From Amoebidium appalachense (taxonomy: Eukaryota > Protista > Ichthyosporea), in contig CAVNZM010000003.1 in the NCBI GenBank assembly GCA_963693365.1, forward strand, positions 11,877,651 through 11,941,650: a stretch of DNA of 64,000 nucleotides. Reading direction: 5' to 3'. The first letter of the stretch is position 1. Each line of letters begins with the position of its first letter. This document shows, one piece after another, positions 1 through 12,639 of this stretch. Below the pieces are notes generated by a model. The model was not told the origin of the DNA and made no database searches. It was given only the letters and a program-made list of their open reading frames with translations. Made by a program: the position numbers and the translations under genes.

Positions 1-1243
1 TTACAAATTCCCCAACCCAAACGACGGGCGCATTAAAAGCGAGACACTACGCGAAGAAACACGGAACCTTCACAGTGCGTGGCTACGTGCTGTGCCGAGG
101 CAGTGGCCTGAGAACTTCGACCCGCAGTGGGTTCACTTTTGTGTGGGAGATCAACGGTCAAAAAATCAATCTCTTATTCGAGGGGGGACAGCATGTTTCG
201 GCATATGCAGACTATCTACGAGTCTGAACGCGGGCAGGCACTCAAGGAGGCCTTCAAACTCACACCCACCGTTCTCTGGCCCAACAACTTCGACAAGCAG
301 AAGGTGGGGCCAGCTTTGGCTGTGTTCCACGAGTCCACCATTGCTGCGCTCGACAACCACGTGGTCGATGAACCCCTGTTTAAGTTCACCCCAAATTTCC
401 TAAAAAAAATCGCACGGTGGTGGACGCTTATGAACATCGGTACCACCACGTATGCGGCGCGCAAAATGGACCCATGGTGTGCTGCATTCACCAGCAGCAG
501 TGGCCAGCGGCTGATTTGGGTGGAGAAATTCGCTGAGTGGGTGGTGAGCATGCCCACTGGTGAGCATGCCCACTGGCGAGGGGGGTTTTACGGAGGAAAC
601 GCAGTGGTCGCTGGCGTTTACGAGCAAGACAATGGTATCCCCCCACCCCCCCCCTCAAAATCCCCTCCAATGTCCTCATGCCGCTCCCCCTCACCCCCCC
701 CCCCCCCCAAAAAAAAAAAGGCAGAAAGGAGGATGAAAAACACACAGAAATTCCAAAAATCCCCTCCGGTGTGCCCTCTTCCCAGCCCTCGTGCACTAAA
801 CAACACAGCCTCCCCCCCCCCCCCCCCGATTTCTCTCTCCACCATGGTCGCGCCATAGCACCACCACATCCCCCTTCGTACACAAAACAACAGAATAAAC
901 CGAAAATTTCAATCTTGAACCCCCCTCCATACCCCCCCCCCCCCCCAAACACGTGAGACTTATTCATTTCTATTGCGTTGAGAAATAAGCAGCCCCCCCA
1001 CCCCCCCACCCCCTTCTTCCCCCTCCCCTTGACTGGATAGATAAACACCCCCCTCACCCCCTCCCCCCCCCCCCAACACACGATGTCACATCAGGAGTCG
1101 ACCGGCATAAAGTTTGTGTCACTGATGTGTGTGTGTGTGTGTGTGTGTGTTTGTGTGTGTCTGTGTGTGACACTGTGTATGTGTGTGTGTGTGTGACACG
1201 TGTGTGTGTGTGCGCGCGCATCAGTGTGTTTGTGTGCGTGTCT

Positions 1244-1277
<34 letters not shown>

Positions 1278-1558
1278 CTGTGTCGGGATGGGTGGGTGGG
1301 GGAGGGGGGGGGGGGGGGGGGAGGGGCTTTTCCATATGGTTTTTCACATGCCAAGCGTAGTCAAATGTGGTGCCACACAGATTTTGCTGACTTTTTATTT
1401 GCAGGCCAGTTTCATCCGCTATCTCCTGGACAGCGGCGTGAGCAGCGAGAAGCTCAACTTTGTACTCACCAGAAAGTTTCAAACCGACCCCCCTTGAGGG
1501 TGCTTTTGGCACAATCCGACAGTACAGCGGTGGGAACTACAACGTTAGGACAGCACAG
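1..1558 (+). pseudogene. P-element/THAP9-family DNA transposase, intron-containing, partial (5' end outside window), frameshifted
   Basis: Translation gives FRHMQTIYESERGQALKEAFKLTPTVLWPNNFDKQKVGPALAVFHESTIAAL...FLKKIARWWTLMN (~196-560). A second exon (~1405-1558; acceptor ttttatttgcag, donor gtgggt) gives ASFIRYLL...[29 protein letters not shown]. These match P-type transposase motifs (KL...P..F.KQ.V..A; FQTDPLE..FG..RQ..G.N). Frameshifts fall in homopolymers at ~196 and ~1490. Confidence 0.8.
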
Positions 1559-1964
1559 GTGGGTACCTCCCCTCCTGGATCCCCCCCCCCCCCCCCCCCC
1601 CCCCACCCCTACCCTACTCAGCCACCCACCCACTGCCTGCCACAGTGAAACACAAGAGATACATCACACACACACGATTCATACAGCATTACAAAGAATA
1701 GAGACAGAACAGATTTAGGATGATTTGGTGATTCACCTTAAAAATGGGATAGTGGTGTCATGACATGGTGGCCCCGGGGAATAAAATAATCAGGAGAAAA
1801 AGGGGGGGGGGGGGGGGGGGGTTGAATGCGGAACACGGTACGAAGTACGCATACACGACGAGAAGCATGGTGCAGGACACAAACAAAGGCAAACATTTCA
1901 ATTATGCAACATCAGCCATGTGCACAGTATGCGTCATAAGCAGAGCCCATCCTCAGGGAGGACC

Positions 1965-2469
1965 CAAAAACTTAGCTAAAAAATTGGGCCTAAAGAGACC
2001 TAAACGCGCTCAGTAGCGCCGCAACTGACCTCCCTGGGGCCGCGCAAGCTCATTATATAGCGCGGCGCACATTTTTGCCAATGAAAATATGAAGAAATGA
2101 CTTAAAACCTATCAAATCCATGAAATCTACCAAAATGGAATTTTTGCTGCACATCAACCAATGAAAAATTTTCACAAGTGGCTAAAACCCCTAGATCACA
2201 AAGACCAAATCAATTGCCGCCCATTTCGGACTAGATATAACTCAAGCTCATCAATATATCCATATGGCATATCCCACAGAACATAAAAACAGCTGCAGCT
2301 CCCTAAATAAAAATGCTAGCAGCCTGAAACTTTGCACACACATCAAACACACCAAGGCCTACACCATGCTACTACTACGAATTTTACAGCACACTCGCAA
2401 CACACAATTTCACTTCAACGGGGCTATCTAATTCTCCTGCAAAGAAAACATGTTTACAAACTAAATATT
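1965..2469 (-). repeat. Isolated A repeat (~500 bp) of YR retrotransposon family 1
   Basis: Reverse complement of 7332-7836. Intact terminus AATATTTAGTTTGTAAAC at 2469. No adjacent ORF, spacer or B repeat. Confidence 0.9.
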
Positions 2470-2750
2470 GCGTCTGAGTTTCGACCCCTTAGCCCGCGTA
2501 TATACGACGCTCCAGGGGGGGGGAGATAGCGAGAGAGGCAGGGACGGAAGAAGGTGTTGGAGGAGGAGGGGAGGGGGAGGGGGGGGTATCAGGATAAAAG
2601 GAGTGTGGTGAAAAGAAATGGTGCAAAGAAAACTGAGCGAAAAATAAAATTAGGGGATTAGGGGGGGGGGGGGGGTTGTTGAACTCAAACCACAAAAATG
2701 CACACACGTACACGCACACACACACACACAAACACACAGACACACATACA

Positions 2751-2788
<38 letters not shown>

Positions 2789-2793
2789 CCGTA

Positions 2794-2839
<46 letters not shown>

Positions 2840-4014
2840 ACACCCACCCACCCACACACCATACATACACAACCCCATGCAGATATACCTAAACCATGCT
2901 TGTGTACACACGAAGATATGCTATGGTACACTGCTTGCGCGCCCGCACCATAGTGTGTCATAACTTTTGTAGCCACGTGCCATCTATATATACACAAATC
3001 ACACAATAAACTCACCTCTATGAACAGACTCTCCAGGCCGTCAAAAGGATACGGGTGCAGAAGCTGGCAAAGCTGGTAGTGCAGACGGGCACAAGTGTAA
3101 CACAGCTGTTCGACAACATGAACACGGCGCTCAACAGCAAATGCAAAACGATCACCATCGAGACCATTCTCCCACTCTACAACAACACCATCTGGGGCCA
3201 CGTCTATAAAATCAGAGAAGCAAGCAGAGCAAGCCGTCGACAAAACCAGCAAAGAAGAAAAAGAAGAGCAAAACAGAGGAAAAGGGAGGCGAAGGGAGGA
3301 AGAAGGGAAAGAAAGGTGAAAACAAAACAACCACGGCGGAACCACCTACCGTCGAGTGGGAGATGGAGGGAAACGATGACGAGCTGGTGGCTGCACTGGA
3401 GGCAGCAGAGGCGGAGTACGATTGGATGGTAGAAGCGTATTTGGAGGAAGCAGAGCTCTAGCGGCTTTGTCAGTGTTTTTTAACCCTTTCTTTTCTTTTT
3501 TTGCCAGTAGGTAGAGGTGTGAGGGTTTGCCCGGGGGGGGGGGGGGCCGCTACACAGTGTTTATTGGTTGGTGGTTAGTGTTGCAGGACATAGACGCTCT
3601 AATACTTAACATACAGGTAGTATTATGTTACCTAGTTACCTAGTGGATAGAAACACCTTTGAGAGAATATACGCAAAGATGAGTTCTAGTTTTGTAGTAG
3701 ATCTTTGCTTACGGCCGTGTTTGTGTAAACGTGAACTACTCAATAGATATAACTATACTGAGACTCAGCTACACTATTATGTACACTATGTCAAAACTTT
3801 GTGCTATAGGGCTTTAGCATATTACTCTTAGACAAAAAAACGCCCTTGAACATAGGAAGCACTTCATAAACTTTTGTCGTTCTTTTTCCTTCCGTTTTCC
3901 TTCATCTGCGCACATACATAGCTGTGAGCATCTAATCATGGCGAATCCAGTGGATCGAAATACCAATCTGCTCTTTTGACCCCGATCTGCGGCCAGGCCG
4001 TCTTTTTTTCAGAG

Positions 4015-5239
4015 GGCCGTGGCTGGGTACACAAGCCGGTCGGGCCCAGAAATGCCAACAGCCTCCGAAGACACAGGCGGCAATCCGAAGTACCGCCACA
4101 GCCACTCCGGGGCAAGAAGACGATGGAACTGGTTGTCCATGTCCGACTTGCCAAAATAGAGGCAATCCTCAGGCCCCAGCGACAGATCGGCAAAATCGGC
4201 AGGGTTGGGCAGGTGCACCTTGAGGGCAGGATGATCACGGGCAAAGAACAGGTTGCCACGGCGGCCGTCAAAAATGACGCAGGCTCTGGTGTCTTTGGGG
4301 ACCCCAACAGCCCATTGATGGCCAGTGGTTTTTCCTTCGCCTCGAAATAGTGCACCATGCCGCACGCAGTCTTGAACCGAAGAAGCAGGGGGCCGTATTC
4401 CCCACTGGGAACGTGATGTGCCGGGCGGATGCGGCGCAGCTCTGCAGGCGTCGGCGGAACAGGCTTGAGAAGGCCGCCGTCGCAGTGGGCCAAAAACGGC
4501 TGACCGTAGGAGACAAAAACTGCAACACGTCCACTGTGGCTCCAACCCCAGGGGGTGGCAAAGCGGCATTTGCCGCCGTGAGAGGTAGCCATCCTGTCAA
4601 TACAGGGTAGGCCGCGGGGAACGCAGCCAAGACACTACTCGCAGGCTGAGCGTCGTAGACACCCGCACGTATAGCATCGTAGCTGGCCCTAAGGACAAAG
4701 GTCCATAGGGCATGGTGGTGACTGTTCACCAACCGGGTCTGGAAACTAAGCTAAAAAAATTGGGCTTAAAGAGACCTAAACGCGCTCAGTAGCGCCGCAA
4801 CTGACCTCCCTGGGGCCGCACAATCTCATTATATAGCGCGGCGCACATTTTTGCCAATGGAAATATGAAGAAATGACTTAAAACCTATCAAATCCATGAA
4901 ATCTACCAAAATGGAATTTTTGCTGCGCATCAACCAATGAAAATTTTTCACAAGTGGTTAAAACCCCTAGATCACAAAGACCAAATCAATTGCCGCCCAT
5001 TTCGGACTAGATATAACTCACACTCATCAATATATCCATATGGCATATCCCACAGAACATAAAAACAGCTACAGCTCCCTAAATAAAAATGCTAGCAGCC
5101 TGAAACTTTGCACACACATCAAACACACCAAGGCCTACACCATGCTACTACTACGAATTTTACAGCACACTCGCAACACACAATTTCACTCCAACGGGGC
5201 TATCTAATTCTCCTGCAACACGTTTACAAACTAAATATT
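4015..5239 (-). mobile_element. Internally deleted, truncated family-1 YR element (A1 4743-5239 fused to a pol fragment 4015-4740)
   Basis: A repeat joined directly to a pol segment encoding ...GMVHYFEAKEKPLAINGL...GKSDMDNQFHRLLAPEWLWRYFGLPP, near-identical to 9430-10625. Confidence 0.9.
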
Positions 5240-5240
5240 G

Positions 5241-5897
5241 TGTCGTCCGCATCGGTAGAGATCTCCAAAAGCTTTTTGAGGAGAGCGGCCCCCTTGGCGA
5301 CCAGAGCAGGAGGAGGGGCCATTGCAATGCTCACAAACCAGACTAGAACACGAAAACTTGAAAACGAAGACTGGAAAATGCAAAAACGCGGGAAAAACGA
5401 CACCGCAAAACACGTCCGAAAACCAGCTAAAACGCAACGGCGCGCACGCAAAACTCTTACCAGATGCTGCCGAAGCTAAGCGCGCGCTCCTGGGCAAAAT
5501 AAAACTAGAGAAAAAACGAACAACAGCGCGAAAAACGGGGACTAGAGTTGCAAAACTTAGCTAAAAAATTGGGCCTAAAGAGACCTAAACGCGCTCAGTA
5601 GCGCCGCAACTGACCTCCCTGGGGCCGCGCAAGCTCATTATATAGCGCGGCCCACATTTTTGCCAATGGAAATATGAAGAAATGACTTGAAACCTATTAA
5701 ATCCATGAAATCTACCAAAATGGAATTTTTGCTGCACATCAACCAATGAAAAATTTTCACAAGTGGCTAAAACCCCTAGATCACAAAGACCAAATCAATT
5801 GCCGCCCATTTCGGACTAGATATAACTCAAACTCATCAATATATCCACATGGCATATCCCACAGAACATAAAAACAACTACAGCTCCCTAAATAGAA
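5241..5897 (-). mobile_element. 5' fragment of a family-1 YR element (partial A1, 5' leader, start of gag)
   Basis: Reverse complement matches ~7490-8143 and encodes MAPPPALVAKGAALLKKLLEISTDADD. It is interrupted at 5240 by the terminus of the 4015-5239 copy. Confidence 0.88.
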
Positions 5898-6405
5898 ATG
5901 AAGACACTCGTCGGGGCCCAGCAGGAGATCAGCGAAATCGGCGGGGTTGGGGAGATGCACTTGAAGCGCCGGGTGGTCGCAAGCGAAGAACAAGTTGCCT
6001 CGACGTCCGTCGAAAATCACACGAGCACACGTGTCTTTGGGAACACCAAAAAGCCCGTTGATGGCCACAGGCGTCTCCTTCGCCTCGAAGTAGTGCACCA
6101 TGCCACACTCCTGCAAGCGCTGAAGCAAAGGCCCATATTCCCCATTGGGAACAGAATGGGCCGGACGAATGCGGCGGAGCTCCGCAGCCGAGGGTGGGAA
6201 AGGTTTGAGAAGACCACCAGCGGGCGAAGACATTAACGGGTGCAGAACAGGAGAACACGTACTGCAACACGTCGACCGTGGCCCCTACCCCAGGGGGTGG
6301 AGGAGCGGCATTGGCAGCTTTAAGGGGCAAACAACCTGTAAGGACAGGGTACGGCAAGGGGAGCGCGGCCAAGAGGCTACTTGCTGGCTGAGCATCATAG
6401 ACACC
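5896..6405 (-). pseudogene. pol/RT fragment of a diverged, second YR retrotransposon lineage
   Basis: GGLLKPFPPSAAELRRIRPAHSVPNGEYGPLLQRLQECGMVHYFEAKETPVAINGLFGVPKDTCARVIFDGRRGNLFFACDHPALQVHLPNPADFADLLLGPDECLHF is collinear with family-1 pol but has many synonymous and some amino-acid differences. Confidence 0.88.
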
Positions 6406-6445
6406 CCCCTTCTCCCTCTATTAACTCTTGAGATCTGGCTAAGTT

Positions 6446-6845
6446 ATGGTTCGTTTTTAAACGGGTTTTCTTTGAGGAACGGCCGCAGCCACGATGACGA
6501 AGTGACATGTGGAATTCGAACTGCCAACAACTTTGCATTCTGATTGGTTAGTCTCTAGGTATGGCTTAGCCAATCAGTTCTCTGTACGTAAATGTAAGTG
6601 CAATGATTGGTCTTGTTTAAGTGTAGCAATATTTGGTCTTTTAAAGACATTCCCCTGTAGCCAATCGGATGTTGTGAGCCATATCCTGCTTGCGTGTATA
6701 TAAACCGCTAGCCCGCAGATTCGTAGGCCTCTCAGTCGCTGGCACTGCTCCTGAGCAGAATGTGTCCTTAGTCTAGCAAGTTGGCAGGGCCTCCTGAGGC
6801 CCGTAAACGGTTCTTTTCTCTAGTTAAGTATTTTGTTTTTCCCGC
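6446..6845 (+). repeat. A-type terminal repeat of YR family 2 (~400 bp)
   Basis: Inverted copy at ~25590-25982. Starts ATGGTTCGTTTTTAAACGGGTTTTCTTTGAGGA, a variant of the family-1 terminus. Contains several CCAAT/ATTGG boxes and TATATAAA near 6700. Confidence 0.75.
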
Positions 6846-7331
6846 CTACCCTCCCTTGAGTGGCTGTGGTGATTGCCATCTAAAATGTGTCTCCTTGGAG
6901 AGCACATGTGTTTGTGTGTGCAGCCTAGGCACCTACACACGACACTGCAAGTTATCTATCCCGTTGCTGGGGCGAGTAAAGAGTGACGGCACAAGAATCA
7001 ATCTTCAGATCTCTTTGCCTATAGGGCTCTCTACTATTCAGACCATCCTCCATTCCCCCCTCCCCCCCCCTCCCTCAGGGCACCTTCTCCCCTCCAGGTA
7101 GCGGCCTACTAGCTTCAAAAGTTTCGAGTACCCCTATCACTCTTTGTGTTCCACACACACCGTGACCCACACCCCCAACGTAACCGAAAAAATTTATACA
7201 ATTTTTTTTACTAATTGATTGGTCATCAGATTATGTCTGATTATGGCCTTTCGAGTACAATGTTATACAGAAACTTTGACTAATGGCGATCGATCTATCG
7301 CCAATATCTCGGGAACCGTTGGTCCAAATCG

Positions 7332-7836
7332 ATATTAAGTTTGTAAACGTGTTTTCTTTGCAGGAGAATTAGATAGCCCCGTTGGAGTGAAATTGTGTGC
7401 TGCGAGTGTGCTGTAAACTTCGTGGTAGTATAATGCTGTAGACCATGGTGTGTTTGATGTGTGTGCAAAGTTTCAGGCTGCTAGCATTTTTATTTAGGGA
7501 GCTGTAGCTGTTTTTATGTTCTGTGGGATATGCCATATGGATATATTGATGAGTTTGAGTTATATCTAGTCCGAAATGGGCGGCAATCGATTTGGTCTTT
7601 ATGATCTAGGGGTTTTAGCCACTTGTGAAAATTTTTCATTGGTTGATGTGCAGCAAAAATTCCATTTTGGTAGATTTCATGGATTTGATAGGTTCTAAGT
7701 CATTTCTTCATATTTCCATAGGCAAAAATGTGGGCCGCGCTCTATAATGAGCTTGCGCAGCCCCAGGGAGGTCAGTTGCGGCGCTACTGAGCGCGTTTAG
7801 GTCTCTTTAGGCCCAATTTTTTAGCTAAGTTTTTGC
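7332..7836 (+). repeat. A1 split direct repeat, copy 1 (promoter-like)
   Basis: Direct repeat of 12735-13236. TATA-like element at ~7742 (TATATAAT in other copies) flanked by GGCCGCGC/GCGCGGCC. Confidence 0.93.
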
Positions 7837-8062
7837 AACTCTAGTCCCCGTTTTTCGCGCTCTTGTTCGTTTTTTCTCTAGTTTTGTTTGCCCAGGAGCG
7901 CGCGCTTAGCTTCAGCAGCATCTGGTAAGAGTTTTGCGTGCGCGCCGTTGCGTTTTAGCTGGTTTTTGGACGTGTTTTGCGGTGTCGTTTTTCCCGCGTT
8001 TTTGCATTTTCCAGTCTTTGTTTTCAAGTTTTCGTGCTCTAGTCTGGTTTGTGAGCATTGCA

Positions 8063-9118
8063 ATGGCCCCGCCATCTGCTCTGGTCGCCAAGGGGGCCGC
8101 TCTCCTCGAAAAGCTTTTGGAGATCTCTACCGATGCGGACGACGCAAGTCTCAAAAGTCTGGCCGTTTTGCAGTCCAACGCCCTCCCCTGGAACAGCCTG
8201 CCGGCAGAAACCGTCAACAGTGTGGTTTCAGCCCTCAAGGCGCGCTCGGTGGCTTTTGATGACCCTGAGATGGTCGGTTGGAAAGTCACCGACCAGCTGC
8301 ACTTGCTCTGTCGCACTCCTCGCAGCGGCCGTGCCTCCCCCCCACCTGGGTCGCCCTCTCCCCAGCGGCGTTCTGACGGTGTAGACGTCCAAGAGCAGCT
8401 GCAGGCGCTTTCTGCCCAAGTGCAAGCCCTCTCTGTTGCCCAGTCTGGTCGCCCCAAGAAGCCCTCTGCCGGCGGCCTGCTGAGCACGCTGTCTGCGCGG
8501 GCAAAGGGCAAGGAGCCTGTCTATGCGTACGACACCGGCAGTGAAGACACCCCATCGTCGAGTGAGGATTCTGATTCCAGCAGCAGTGGCTACGGTCGTT
8601 CCTCTCGCAGCCGTCGTTCCTCTGGCCGTTCCAAACCCAACCCCAGCCGTTATCTGCTCTCCAGCGGTGCCAAAGTCAACCTGCGCGTCAAAGAACGTCT
8701 GGCCCCTTCCTACCTCAAGAGCACCTTGACTGACCAGGCCTCGGTCACTGCGGCTGTCCACGCGGCGGATTGGGTCAGCTACCGCAACAAACGGGAGGCT
8801 CTGACGCTTGCCCGTATGCTGGATCTGCTGCTGGCCGCCGACCCTAAGGCCCGCAAGGAGTCACCTGCTGTGGAAGTTGGTGTGCGCCGTCTGCTGGCTG
8901 TGCAGACTGCTGATCAGTCCAACGGGGACTGGGCTGTTGCAGAGCAGTTTGAGGAGCTCCCTGCGCGCAGCCTGCCCCTGCCCCCTGCCTTGGCCACCCG
9001 GGCTGTTCGTCAAGCCAAGACCCTCGTCGAAGTCACCCGGGCTCGGCGCGGTCCCGGCAGTGGCCCATCCGGAGCCGGTCCATCGACCCCTCCGGGGACC
9101 GGTGGGCACAGGGCCTAA
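8063..9118 (+). CDS. ORF1, putative Gag-like protein of YR retrotransposon (351 aa, intact)
   Basis: Open ATG-to-TAA frame conserved in copies 2 and 3. Ser/Arg-rich middle, C-terminal block RNKREALTLARMLDLLL...EVGVRRLLAVQTAD...W. The Gag call rests on position only; no CCHC knuckle is visible. Confidence 0.8.
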   Translation: MAPPSALVAKGAALLEKLLEISTDADDASLKSLAVLQSNALPWNSLPAETVNSVVSALKARSVAFDDPEMVGWKVTDQLHLLCRTPRSGRASPPPGSPSPQRRSDGVDVQEQLQALSAQVQALSVAQSGRPKKPSAGGLLSTLSARAKGKEPVYAYDTGSEDTPSSSEDSDSSSSGYGRSSRSRRSSGRSKPNPSRYLLSSGAKVNLRVKERLAPSYLKSTLTDQASVTAAVHAADWVSYRNKREALTLARMLDLLLAADPKARKESPAVEVGVRRLLAVQTADQSNGDWAVAEQFEELPARSLPLPPALATRAVRQAKTLVEVTRARRGPGSGPSGAGPSTPPGTGGHRA

Positions 9119-9195
9119 ACGGCCCTTTGGGGGTTCGGCACGCGGTTCTGATTATTATTTACTTGTGGTTTCCTGCCACGTGCCCTTGATTCAAT

Positions 9196-11731
9196 ATGCC
9201 CCCTAATTTTTCTAAGGATTCCACAGCTATGCCACGTCATGTCTTTGCCGCCTCTGATTTGTTTCCTGTTCCGGCCATTCCTGTGCCGGACCGTTCTGGA
9301 CAAGCCCGTCTACGGAGTCAACGCCGTCGGCAACGTCTGTCTCACCGCCTGAAGGGGGTTACCTTGGCTAACCGTTGTCTTGGTGCCCTCAACGAGCTGT
9401 GGGCAGGCGGCCCTTGCCCATTCCCGACCCGGTTGGTGAACAGTCACCACCATGCCCTGTGGACCTTTGTCCTTAGGGCCAGCTACGATGCTATACGCGC
9501 GGGTGTCTACGACGCTCAGCCTGCGAGTAGTGTCTTGGCTGCGTTCCCCGCGGCCTACCCTGTATTGACAGGATGGCTACCTCTCACGGCGGCAAATGCC
9601 GCTTTGCCATCCCCTGGGGTTGGAGCCACAGTGGACGTGTTGCAGTTTTTGTCTCCTACGCTGCAGCCGTTTTGGCCAACTGCAACGGCGGCCTTCTCAA
9701 GCCTGTTCTGCCGACGCCTGCAGAGCTGCGCCGCATCCGACCGGCGCATCACGTTCCCAGTGGGGAATACGGTCCCCTGCTTCTTCGGCTTCAAGACTGC
9801 GGCATGGTGCACTATTTCGAGGCGAAGGAAAAACCACTGGCCATCAATGGGCTGTTTGGGGTCCCCAAAGACACCAGAGCCCGCGTCATTTTTGACGGCC
9901 GCCGTGGCAACCTGTTCTTTGCCCGTGATCATCCTGCCCTCCAGGTGCACTGTAAACAACTGTACACATGAACTGTACATGTTTACTAAAGAATGTGATC
10001 TACTAGCACACGATTCGTGCTTTGTCATGAATATCACATAAATATTATGTCCGCACCAATAGGACTCACTCTGACCTAAGAATTGAACCATATATGGTTC
10101 TTCAGCTGCATACCACATAAACGAAGTGAACCAATAAGAGGTTTGCATAAATAGGACAAAGGTCTGACTGGCTCGGACCGCACCAGAATCACGAATGGCA
10201 TGTTGCCACCCGCGCTGGCCGCGGATGAACCAATCCTGGGCCTTGATCCGAAACCTGGGGGCTATATAAGAAAGCCCAGTATGGGGATCACATCAGTGAA
10301 GTCTGAGACAGACTGAGTCGGCCCATAGTAAAAGCAACCTGGCCGCGTGTGCCTTTCTACCCGTTCTCTGTCTTTATTTTGATTCAGTTGTACTCTGCCT
10401 TATCCTAACTAGTCCAACTGTTTTACATGCACCTGCCCAACCCTGCCGATTTTGCCGATCTGTTGCTGGGGCCTGAGGATTGCCTCTATTTTGGCAAGTC
10501 GGACATGGACAACCAGTTCCATCGTCTTCTTGCCCCCGAGTGGCTGTGGCGGTACTTCGGATTGCCGCCTGTGTCTTCGGAGGCTGTTGGCATTTCTGGG
10601 CCCGACCGGCTTGTGTACCCGGCCGTCAAGACCGTGCCCATGGGCTGGGTGCATTCTGTGCTTGTGGCTCAAGACGTCCATGGGCAGTTGGCTGACCGAG
10701 CCGGCATGCCCCGCATTGAGCGCCTCTGTGCGATAGTGCCGCGGCCTGTGGAGGCCACGCAGCATGCCCTGTATGTGGACGACTGTGGCTGGGTCGGCAC
10801 AGATGCCACCGCCATCAATCGTCAGCGTGAATCGTATCATGGCGTCACCGGCCCGGCTGGTCTTCCCTCCAATGTCAAGAAGGATGTGGCTGCTGGTTCG
10901 TCGTCCTCTATGGTGCTGCTAGGCCTGGAAATGCACCCATCTGGGATATTGCGCCCGTCTGGCGCTTCCTTGTGTCGTCTGGTGGCGGAAACCCAGGCCG
11001 TGTTGCGTCGTGGTGTCGTCACGCAGCTCCGTTTGCAGCAGTTGCTTGGAGGTTGGGTGTGGGCGGCACTGCTGCAGCGGCCGCTTTTGTCGGTTCTGAG
11101 TGCCGTCTACAGTTTTGTGGAGCAGCTGGGGGGTCGGGAACAGCCCCTTCCCCCGCCCGTGGTGTGGGAGCTTCAGGCGATGTGTGCTTTGGCCCCTTTG
11201 ATGCGTTGTGATTTGCGTTCTGGGTTTGCTAGCACCATGTTCTGCACTGATGCTTCCTTGTTGGGTGGTGCAGTGGTGTCCCGGGTGCTTCCAGCAACGC
11301 TTCTCCGCGAAGTGCTGCCTCACTGCAACCGGCCTGGCCACTACAGCCAGCTGTCTGGTCCTGTGCACGAGCCAAGCCCGTCCGCCCCCCCGGCACCTAT
11401 CCTGGCAGCTGTTGGTGGCCGGTGGACCACCAACATCAGTCATCGTTGGCGCCACTCCGACCACATCAACATTCTGGAGGGAGAAGCCTTGCTCCTGGGG
11501 CTTCGTCGATTAGGTCGGTCTACGGCTGCCCGGGGCTCCCGCTACCTTTGGGGCCTTGATTCGACGGCGCTGCTTGGGGCTGTTGCTAAGGGTCGTTCAG
11601 CCTCCCGACGCCTGAACCGTGTATGCCGCCAGGTGGCTGCCTACACGCTTGCCCTCGACATTCGTTTGTATTGTGTGTGGCTGCCGTCAGCCCACAATCC
11701 TGCAGATGGTCCCTCGCGGTTTTCTGGCTGA
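9196..11731 (+). pseudogene. ORF2, reverse transcriptase + RNase H of YR retrotransposon (1-bp deletion at ~9670; solo LTR inserted at 9951-10427)
   Basis: RT motifs: ARVIFDGRRGN, GKSDMDNQFHRL, VPMGWVHSVLVAQ, ALYVDD, LLGLE. RNase H motifs: FCTDAS, HINILEGEA, LDS, WLPSAHNPADGPSR. Copies 2 and 3 have five T at the frameshift site, restoring the frame. Confidence 0.93.
9951..10427 (+). mobile_element. Solo LTR (477 bp) with 5-bp TSD TGCAC
   Basis: TGTAAACA...TGTTTTACA termini, flanked by TGCAC at 9946-9950 and 10428-10432. Same sequence as the LTRs at 27991-28470 and 31064-31542. TATATAAG at ~10263. Removing it restores ...ALQVH-LPNPAD. Confidence 0.97.
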
Positions 11732-12633
11732 CCAGGCCATAAAGCCCCCAACCCTCAAGGCCTACCGGGATGCTGTTGTTGAGTTCCTGGATTGGTTGCC
11801 CCCTGGTACCGACACCAAGTCCCCCGCCGAACTGGACGACCTCCTGGTGGAGTATTTTGAGGAGTGTTATGCCATTGATCCATCGCGTGGCCAGCGTCAG
11901 CGCTGTGTCAACACAGCTGCCGGCATCAAGCATTTCATGCCACGCCTGGGTCCACACCTGCAGGCCGCCCAACGGAGCCTGCAGGGCTGGAACCGGCTTG
12001 TTCCAGCAAAGACCACGCCCCCGCTTCCGTTTTCATTGGTCCTCGTCATTGGCCATCATTTGTATTCCAAAATTGGCCCCTTGTTTGGTATTGCTGTTTT
12101 GCTTGGATTTGAGTGTTATTTTCGTGTCAGTGAGCTGCTTATGCTCACCCGTGCGGATCTTATTTTGCCCGACGACCCCGTTCCCCACGACATGCCACCC
12201 GGTACAGGCGGCATCCGCCTGGCCGACACCAAGACCGGTCCAAATCAGTTTGTGCCCATCACCAATCCGTCCCTGTTGGCCATCCTGTCTTTCTGGTTCC
12301 GTGGCGCCCCCCCTTCTGCGCGGCTGTTTCCTTTCTCGTATGATGTTCTGCGTGCCAAGTTCCACGCGGCATGTGACTCCCTCGGCCTCAACGAGTATGG
12401 TTTCCATCTTCACAGTCTTCGCCATGGTGGTGCCTCGAGAGACTATGTCAGGGGTGTTTCAGTAGACGATTGCTCTGCGTGGTCGATGGAGATCGCATGC
12501 CTCCCTCCGCCGGTATGTGCAGGCCGGCCAGTCTCTTGTTCTTTCTATTCGCGTGCCTGCGTCGCTCCTTGCCCGGGCTGCAGCGCTGCGTCAGTCACCC
12601 ACGGCATGGTTCGTTCCTTCCCGTGCCAGGTAG
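11706..12633 (+). pseudogene. ORF3, tyrosine recombinase of YR retrotransposon (2-bp deletion at ~12465)
   Basis: Catalytic set visible: CYFRVSE (R), DTKTG (K), HSLRHGGAS (HxxR). After correcting the frameshift with copy 3 (GTAGAGACG) it continues IALRGRWRSHASLRRYVQ (W, Y). Overlaps the ORF2 end by 26 nt. Confidence 0.93.
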
Positions 12634-12639
12634 GGAGTG

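Noticed and set aside
9660-9680. Programmed ribosomal frameshift in pol
   Set aside because: Sister copies are in frame at this site, so it is a copy-specific deletion or sequencing error.
11706-12633. Phage integrase, prophage or bacterial contamination
   Set aside because: The YR is linked to RT/RNase H and split direct repeats, and the surrounding genes are spliced.
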